Shown here piece by piece: positions 7,812-16,300 of a stretch of 20,000 bases of DNA. The DNA comes from an uncultured virus (IMG/VR IMGVR_UViG_3300042542_004481) (lineage: Duplodnaviria; Heunggongvirae; Uroviricota; Caudoviricetes). The stretch lies in IMG/VR virus record IMGVR_UViG_3300042542_004481, positions 57,223 to 77,222 of that record. One strand, written 5' to 3'. The translations under genes and the position numbers were made by a program. The stretch's first letter is position 1. Each line of letters starts with the position of its first letter. Below the pieces are notes generated by a model. That model saw only the letters and a list, made by a program, of their open reading frames with translations, had not been told where the DNA came from and did no database searches.

Positions 7812-10340
7812 TTGTCCTTGTGATGTATTGTACATGTTAGCTTGAGCCTGAAGCATAGCCTGGTAGTTAGGATCAACCGCGTTCTCATCAGCTACTCCCA
7901 TCTGGTTCTTTGTAATCTGCCAGATAACGCTGTCATCTACACCTGGCATATTTTCACGATTTGTCATGAAAGCATCGCTAAGTGATGTAGAAGATGAGCT
8001 ATCCGGCTGAACAGGTCTTCCATGATCAAAGAAGATTCCTCCACCAATTTCCGGATGCATCTGATATTGATCTGTAAGCTGATTAACGTTAAAGGCTGTC
8101 CAGCGATTATTCATAGCATTGATATAAGACTGGCGAAGATTATTTCTAGCTGCTGTCTCAGCGTTCTGGAAGTTCTGATCTACAATAGCGTTATACATAT
8201 CTTCTTGAGCTTTTATATTAGCTCGATTTGTATTAGCCGCATTAAGGATTTGTGATCTTTGAGACTCTAGCTGATTTGCTATACCGACGTTCATGGTATC
8301 GTAACGACCCATGATGTCTGCAGCTTGACGAGCAGCCTGTCCTTGAATCTGAGAAGAACGACTAGATAAAGCTTGAGGTCCTTGGAAAGCAGCAAGATTC
8401 TGAGCCATAATATTAGCTTGTTCAGCATTAGCTGCTAGAGCGCGATTAGGATCAGCGAACACTCCTTCTGGAAGTACTACTTCAGGTACAGGAAGATTTG
8501 GATAACGTTTTCTAAGTCTTGCCCAATCTCCAAACTTACCTGAAATATTTATGATATCTTGTAACCACCAAGGAGCGGAAAGATTTCCAGCTGTGTATTC
8601 AGGAGCCGCAGGATCAGTTACTTTTTCTTCAGTTTCTTCTGCAAGCTCTTCGATGATACTCGGAGCGCTTCTTATACCTGCCACCTCACCAGCTGTAGTA
8701 TTGGTATAAACACCGTCAGCTTTAGAAATTCTTTTGTTTGCATCTGGTCCTGTTTCATCGTCATAGCCTTTTGCTTCAATAGCAAAAGGCTTAAGAGTTT
8801 CTGCTAAAGTTGGGTCTAGCTTTTTATCAGATAGAAGGTCACGATATCCGATGTAGGATATTTGTTGAATCCCTATTGCTTTTCTATCGGCTGGAGGTTG
8901 AACACCTGCTCCTACAAAAGCTTCATTTAAAGTTTTATACTTATCGTTTTTACAGTCAGGACCGGACTTAAAATCTCCTTTATTATCAAAGCAGTTAAAC
9001 CCTATACCCTCACTTTTTAAGTGAGCAGACAGTTTAACATTTCTGTTCTGCATCTCAAGAAATTGTGTTGTAAGTTGAGCAGGAGTCATAGCTTCTAACT
9101 CTTGTACAGTGAAGCCTGGATTTTTTCCTAGGTTTTCTGAGTTTTTAGCCGCAGCTAAAGTCTTATCGTAAAGAGCTTTCTGTACTTTGTCATTACCAAA
9201 AGCTTTTCCTAACATGCTAAGGTTTTCATCAGGTGTAGTTCCCGTAGGAGCTTTTTCACCAACCTTATAGTATTTACCATCCGAACCTTGAGTATAAACT
9301 TTTTTGTTTCCTCTAGTTTGGTAAGCATTGTCACGAGCCTCTATGTATTCTTTTTCTGTTTTATAATCAGCACGTTTGATGATAATACCGTCTTTAGGTA
9401 TATCCTGGCGCTTAACTACTCTAGATACTTCAGTACCTGATTTACCTGGAGCAGGAATACCCATACCTCCGCCCATAACAGGAGGATATCCACCGTATAC
9501 CGGCGGAGCAGGATATTGAGGTCCAGGATTACCAAAACCAATAACGTTACCGTTTTCATCTAGAACTTCGTAAGCTCCGGATTGAGGATTATAACGCATT
9601 GTTGTTTTACGACGATTGAATAATCCTCGCTGAGCTTTAGGAACATAACTTCCTCCTTTAGACATATTGTCTGGAGCTGGTTGTTCCGGTTGACCCTGCG
9701 TCTGTGTAAAATCATTAGGATCAATATTCATAGTCATCATATACGGCATAGCAATAGCCGGGATCCCCTGAGGAAATCCTTTGATAGACTCTTGCGCTAA
9801 AGCGAGCTTACCCAACTTTAAATTGTAGTTGGTGATCATCATCTCTGCAGTTTCGCGCTGAAGACGATCTGAATCAGGATCTCTAAGAATCTTGACATAC
9901 TTGTTTATATCGTATTGCTTAGCAATATCGGCCGGGGTATATCCACTTTTCTTTTCGGTTTTACCAAACATCTTTTGGACATCACCATCTTTTATCTTCA
10001 TAGAACTGTGGTCAGAGAAGATAAAGGAATCTGGTGGAGCATTTAGCTTTGTTCCACCATCGTAGTGTTTTTTACCACCGATTTTAAAGTGCGCTGGGAT
10101 TCCTCCAAAACCTGCAGGCTGAAAAATAGTTTCACCTTTTTCAGCTTCAATATTAAAAGGACCCTTTGCTTCTTGTATTGTACTTGCTACCTTAAGATCT
10201 GGAGCAGAAAACTCGCCGGCCATAACAGGCCAGCTAAGCTGATTAGCATTTAAACCAATCGCTGCTCTACCGGCATTCATCTTTACAGCCAGCCCAGACT
10301 GTGCCTTAGGCATGGACACTATTCTGACTTTTCTTTTCAT
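7809..10340 (-). CDS. Putative virion cargo/structural protein, 843 aa
   Basis: Long ORF starting 1 nt after the upstream stop. The N-terminal region NIEAEKGET...FKIGGKKHYDGGT...FIFSD resembles, from recall and unverified, a conserved block of crAss-like structural proteins. It has a Pro/Gly/Tyr linker, a Lys-rich middle, and a Gln/Asn/Ala-rich helical C-terminal region typical of ejection proteins. Confidence 0.75.
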   Translation of the reverse strand: MKRKVRIVSMPKAQSGLAVKMNAGRAAIGLNANQLSWPVMAGEFSAPDLKVASTIQEAKGPFNIEAEKGETIFQPAGFGGIPAHFKIGGKKHYDGGTKLNAPPDSFIFSDHSSMKIKDGDVQKMFGKTEKKSGYTPADIAKQYDINKYVKILRDPDSDRLQRETAEMMITNYNLKLGKLALAQESIKGFPQGIPAIAMPYMMTMNIDPNDFTQTQGQPEQPAPDNMSKGGSYVPKAQRGLFNRRKTTMRYNPQSGAYEVLDENGNVIGFGNPGPQYPAPPVYGGYPPVMGGGMGIPAPGKSGTEVSRVVKRQDIPKDGIIIKRADYKTEKEYIEARDNAYQTRGNKKVYTQGSDGKYYKVGEKAPTGTTPDENLSMLGKAFGNDKVQKALYDKTLAAAKNSENLGKNPGFTVQELEAMTPAQLTTQFLEMQNRNVKLSAHLKSEGIGFNCFDNKGDFKSGPDCKNDKYKTLNEAFVGAGVQPPADRKAIGIQQISYIGYRDLLSDKKLDPTLAETLKPFAIEAKGYDDETGPDANKRISKADGVYTNTTAGEVAGIRSAPSIIEELAEETEEKVTDPAAPEYTAGNLSAPWWLQDIINISGKFGDWARLRKRYPNLPVPEVVLPEGVFADPNRALAANAEQANIMAQNLAAFQGPQALSSRSSQIQGQAARQAADIMGRYDTMNVGIANQLESQRSQILNAANTNRANIKAQEDMYNAIVDQNFQNAETAARNNLRQSYINAMNNRWTAFNVNQLTDQYQMHPEIGGGIFFDHGRPVQPDSSSSTSLSDAFMTNRENMPGVDDSVIWQITKNQMGVADENAVDPNYQAMLQAQANMYNTSQGQ

Positions 10341-10341
10341 G

Positions 10342-13300
10342 TTAGTCTAAGTATTCAATTGTACCACCTTTTGCCATAAACTCCGCAATCTCATTGTCAT
10401 CCATGTAAACATAGTCGTTTTCACCACCTAGTTTACTTTGATAAGGATTACCAATATTCATAGCTCCTATATTACCCATAGATCCAGGTTGAACCTTTGC
10501 TCCCATTTGATCTGGGCGGAAACTTTGTCCGGCATAAATATCAAATGTATAATCTCCTTTTTTCATACCCTGAGCGTAATAGTTAGCATCCGCTCCTTGA
10601 CGAGAGCGGATACGATCCAACATAGCTTGTTGTTCGTCCATCTCTCCGATTCTTGCTCCTAAATCTAATCCGGCAATCATCCACGGTGGTGTAGAAGGAT
10701 TTGTAAAGATTCCAAAACGACGACGCTCATCAGTGCTATAACCCATAGAGTTACCTATTCCTTCATGAGCCGTTTCTTCACCACCATCTTGATAATATCC
10801 ACCGTATGCATATGCTCCTCCCATTTTACGACGGTATAAAAGAGCATCCATCTGCTGTTCTTGTTCAGGTGTCACAACTTGTTCAAATCTTTGAGCATAA
10901 GGATTAGCCATTATGATATTTCCTTGAGCATCTCTTGGCATATCTCCTGCAGGATTAGCATTAGGGTCTGTATAATTTGATCCTGTTGTCGAAGATGATC
11001 CAGTTGTAGAACTTGATCCACTCGCTGAAGATGATCCGCTTTGACCAGGCATCCTTTCAAGACTTACATTAGTCTTTACTCGGCGAGGTGCAAATCTTGT
11101 AGGAGCAATTGTATGTAATAGGCCGCTTTTTTTATCTACTTCAACATTAGCCTTAAAGCCTTTATCTCCCCAGTACTTTTCTATTTGTTCAGGAGTCATG
11201 CCTGCTGTAGGATTGTTTGCTACGTAACCGGTGCCTTGTTGCCAGTTATACGTAGTAGGCATGTTGCTCCATCCTTTGAACTTAGTTTTGTAATAAGGTC
11301 CAGTAGGATTGTAAGGGAACATGCCATAACCAGTTCTATACTCAGGATTATACCCATAAGGATTATATCCATACGGATTATATACAGGATAATTTCCCTG
11401 AGGGTAATACTGCTTTAGATAATCATCAAGCATTTTTTGAGCATCCTCTTTGGTAAGATAATTAGAAGATGTTTGACCAGTTCTTTGAGGAAAACAACCT
11501 TGACTTGTACAAATCATTGAAGGATCATAATTAGTATTACTTCCCGGTGTTCCTGCCTGTATCTGAGCCCATTTTTCTGGAGTCATTGGTACCTCATTAC
11601 CTTGATCATCTGTATAAGTGTCCGGCATAGCCGCTCCAGCTTGAGCAAAGATTGAGTTATAAGCTTGCGGAATAAACTGCTGATTCATAGCTCTCATGTT
11701 AGCACGAGCTTGTGCTCTAGCTTGTTCTCCTGAGTTATATCGATTCATATCCGCTCTTTGTTGCATAGAGTTGTAAGGATTGAATCCGAAGCTTCCGCCA
11801 TCTTGAAACATTTCATCAGCAACTTTTTCATCTACCGCAGTAAGCATATTATCTTTTAGGTAGTTGTTAAAAGTTGTTTGATTATCCATAAGATAACCGC
11901 TCTGACCTACATTCTGAGGAGCTTCTCCACCGTCTTGTTTACGCATAGAGCGCATGTATTTCATTAGAGCAGCTTTAGCTTTTTTACCACCCTTTTTGTA
12001 AGTCTCTACCATCTCATTTTGAGCTTGCTCTAAACCTACATTACCACCAAACTCAGTGGCAGGGCGATAACCGTATCCGAAGATTGATCCGCCAACATCG
12101 TAGCTTCCTCCGCATTCCATACAAGGAACATTTTCATGAGCTCCTCCAGGAAGAACTTTTCCTCCCATATTCTTTTTAGGAGCATAAAGTATATCCATAA
12201 GAACTTGTCGCTTAATGTCTAATCCTTCTTGAGGATAAACATTAGGGGCAGCTATTTGAGCATTAACATTTGACAATTCTTCCTGAATATCTTGAGGAGA
12301 CATCCCTTGATAAACAGTTTTATAGTCAGAATATACTGTACTTAAATTTTGAGGGCTTCCTCCGTTTTGATAAATTCCTCCCATATTATAATGAGTATAA
12401 GTACTTCCGCCACCCATATATTGAGGTTGGAACGGATAGCCGCTAAAGAACATATTTGCCGGCGGTTGCTGAGGGAAAGCAATCATATCTGTTGGCCCTC
12501 CCATAGCATAAAATCCCACAGGAGAATTAGGAACATATCCTCTTTCAAAGAATCTTTCTTCAGTAGGCTGCTGTGGGAATGCGATGCCTCCTTGCTTTTT
12601 TTGTGGAGTACTCATATCATTGTTGTTTTGTACTACGGGTGACGTAGGTTGTATGTACATTGCTAAAGTATCTTTTTCTTGTTGATCAAGAGCTTCTAAA
12701 TCAGCTTTTTTCTTACGTTTTGATAAATATTTTTTATTTTCTATAGCTTTTCTTTCTTGATCAAACTGCTCTTTTCTTTGATCATACATTTGCTGGTAGT
12801 TAGGAGTAATAACACCAGTAACTGGAGAAGACAAATATGCTGGTTTTGGTGCTATGTAAGGTGTAGCTGCTAGCATCTGTTGACGATTCTGTTGAGCTTC
12901 TGATTCAAGAGTTGGAGTATTACCTACATACTTATAAGCTTGCATTCTAGATGTACCCATAGGGCTACCTGTAAAAGTACCTCGAGTATTTTCTTTCCAC
13001 TCAGAAGGTTTGAAAGTTCTAGACTCAAAAACATTTCTACCACCAGGACTATTGTAAACCATAGGATTTCCTTGAGCATCAGTACCAGCATAGATCATAC
13101 TATGTCCCGGTGACCAATAAGGATTTCCTTTCGGATTATAATTTCCTTGCCAAGGAAGACCCGGTGAATAGTACTCTTTCTTTATAATGTCTCCTGGTTG
13201 AGCTTCTGATAAAGGAATAGGAACTATTCCTTCTTGAGATAAAACAGCTTGTTGAGCAAGGTTACCAGGAATCATTGGCATACGAGATCCTGCAGGTATG

Positions 13301-16300
13301 TTCCCAATTGGAGCAACTGTTGTAGCACCAGCAATATTGTAACACTGATTTGTATAAGCATTGCAAAAATTACCAGTAGCAGGTGCTCCTACTAAGAATT
13401 TTTGAGGGTTGGCTGCTGCATCTATTTTTTGAGCTGTAGGTATAATATTAGATCTCACTTGAGCAACGCGAGCTTTTTCAGCTTCTAGTTCCGCAAGCTT
13501 TTGAAAATAAGCATCCGCGTACTCGTCGTAAGTCATAGGAGCTGCAGGTTGACCACCATCTTGGTAAGGCTTAAAATATTTCTTACCCTTTGGTCCAAAG
13601 AGATCTTCATTTCTTTTATAAAGAATCTCATTGATACTGCTCTTTATATTTTTAGAAGTGCGCTTGCTATCGCGTCCACGCTTAAGACCGCCTTTTTTAT
13701 ACTCCATCATAACTTCTGTTTCGTCTTCCATTTGCTCTTTCGGATCATTACCGTACTCATCAGTACCCGCTATTGCAGCAAAATATCTTCTCTGAGCAGT
13801 GCTTAGTCTTCTGCCGTAGGAATAACCGGATTGTAAAATTCTCTTAGCTGTATCTGGATTTGTAGATCCGCCTTTAGCATAAGATCCCATAAACAAAGCA
13901 CTTAAAGGATACTGACTTTCAACAGGTTCAGAAAAATACAAACCTGTTACTTTTTGAGTAGGATTATCCCACATCTGGCCAAACTGTTTTCCGCCAAAAA
14001 TGTTACGATAATAACCTTCAGAAGCTAATCCCATATACATTTCGGCCGCAGTATCATCAATAAGATCTTTAGGTCTTATACCTTCTGCATGACGTAACTG
14101 CATTACTCGAGCATGTATTTCTGTAGGATCTACCATATACTCTGCAAAATCTGTTTTAGGTCTAGCATAAATCGGATTCCGAATCATAGATCTATAAACA
14201 TCCTGATGGAGCTGTGGTAAATAATCATTAGCATCAGTCCAAGCATGTGTGTTTTCATGCACCGCAACAGATTCTAATTCTTCAGGAGAAAGGGTTCTAT
14301 TTACCCAAGATTGTCCTGATCTTTTTGGAAAAATTGCTGATAAAGCATCATCATATGCTGTAAAACTTGGAGGGTAATACACACCACCTATGACACCGCT
14401 GCCGCCAAGATCTTTAGGATCAGTAAAAATATGAGGTCTTCCTATAAGCATATCAGCGTACTGATTTCTTAATGGATAAAATTTAGACTGAGCATGTTCC
14501 CAACGATATAAGCGGTCTGCGGCTTCTATACCGATATCTCCCGCTAAAAGATCATTATTAATTTTTTCAATAGTAGCCGCATCTTGTATCCAATTCTTTG
14601 ACCACGTATTTCCTCTATTTAAAGCATCTACCTGTTGCTTATAAAGCTTAGGATTTAGAAAACGTAGCGCTGCGTAATTAGTTTCCTTAGCAACTATAGG
14701 TAAAGATTGTTTTAGATTAGTTACATATGCTGACTTCATTATAGGAGCTATAGCTTTACTAACTCCTTTTCCCATTAAAGAAACAACAGGTGCTGCTGCT
14801 TCAAAAAGTGGAAAAGAACCATACGCTGCAGATTGTAAAGGTATACCTACTTGTTCGTAAGCTCCTACTTCGCTAAAAGATCTCATCTGCCCAGTATCTG
14901 GGTCTTTGTAATAATACTTAGATCCTTCTTCTCCTTCTGCCCATTCCTCTGTTTTATTAGCGTAGTATCTAAGTGTTCCTAAGGTATTACCATAAAGATT
15001 TTTTTGAACCTGCAAGTCAGCCGCATCCTTTTTTTCTTTTGCTTCTGCCTTAGCTTTAATGACCTTTCCCTCTCTGATATAATCATATTGAGGCATAGAG
15101 GCACTGGTCATAACTACTTGCGGTGTTGCAACAGAACCTGGTTTAGATTGAATATCTGCAGGACTCCAGTTATAAGTATATGCTGGACTACTTTGAGGTA
15201 AAGGTGTACCACTACTCTTTGGAAAAGAGGTAAAGAACGGTTGCTGAGTTTTAGCTTGATTAGCGGCAGCTACTTTTTTAGCAACCCAAGCTCTCTCAGC
15301 ATCTATTCTCTCCTTAGTCTTATTCTTCATGAGAAGAGATTTTTGATACTCTTCTTCTGAGTTGATAGTTACTCCACCTTTCTGATACTGATTAATCCAA
15401 CCACCTTTTTTAATCGGTGGAGCATTATAAACACCTGTACCAGTTGAATTATATCCATGACTTGTCCACCAAGCAGCACGCTGCTCTGGAGTTGTGTTTG
15501 GTGCTTGAAGGTGTGCTGGTAAAGGAGCACGACCTGATTGCATCACCGGGCTACCATCCGGATTAAAAAGAGGTTTACCTGCTTGCATAACCTGGTATTG
15601 AGGAGGTTGATAAGTAGCAGGTTTAGCTACTGGTACTGGAGCCGGCACTTTTGGTGCAGGTACCGGTACAGGTACCGGTACAGGTACTGGTGCTGGTACT
15701 GGTGCTGGTACTGGTGCTGGTGTTGAAACAGGAGTTGAAGTAGGCGCAGGTTTAGGTTTGGCTGGCACCGGCTTACTTGATTTAGGTTTAGATGCCGGTT
15801 TAGCTGGTACAGGAGGCGCTTGATATATTACAGGCTGAGGTCTTGGAAAAATTGCAGTTTGGGGCCACACCCCGAAAACATTTGTAAATCCTCGACGCTG
15901 ATCATATGTTGGAGGATGATGAAAATATAACGTTCCTGTACTCCTAAAAGGAACTGTATGACTAACAGCATTATTATACACTAATCCGTATTGAGATTGT
16001 AGTCTATTTTGCTGCCCCTTAAATTGATGATAAGCTCTCTTTGCTTCGTCTTCTGATGAAAAACCATAATTTGATCCCCATCCTGTCAGGTAATAACGAT
16101 CATGAGTACGTGTAGCACGATTTGCAAGGTTTTGATTTACTAAATTTTGTATCGCTATATTATAAAGCTGAGCGTTGTTATATGTACTTAGACTGTCTGT
16201 ATAAGCTTTTAATCTAGGATCATTTCTATCGTAAACAATAGTAGGTCTAGGACCCCCTACTTGCATTGCTATCCCAGTATATTCAGATTTTACCGTAGGC

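Noticed and set aside
8690..8730. ISKADGVYTNTT as a peptidoglycan-binding (DGxxGxxT-like) motif in the 843-aa protein
   Set aside because: It lacks the conserved second Gly and is too short to support a call without a profile search.
13040..14410. Other GG dipeptides (KDLGG, GVIGG, NIFGG, NSPGG) counted as signal motifs
   Set aside because: They lie inside predicted folded domains and mostly fit the consensus poorly, so they were excluded from the motif count. They show that some background GG is expected.
15659..15718. Tandem repeats as a CRISPR array or diversity-generating retroelement repeat
   Set aside because: The units are 12 bp, contiguous, in-frame and lack spacers. I noticed no long near-identical repeat pair and no reverse transcriptase.
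15538..15726. Plus-strand ORF with YRYRYR/WCWYWC repeats
   Set aside because: It is an antisense read-out of the Pro-Val/Pro-Ala 12-bp repeat.
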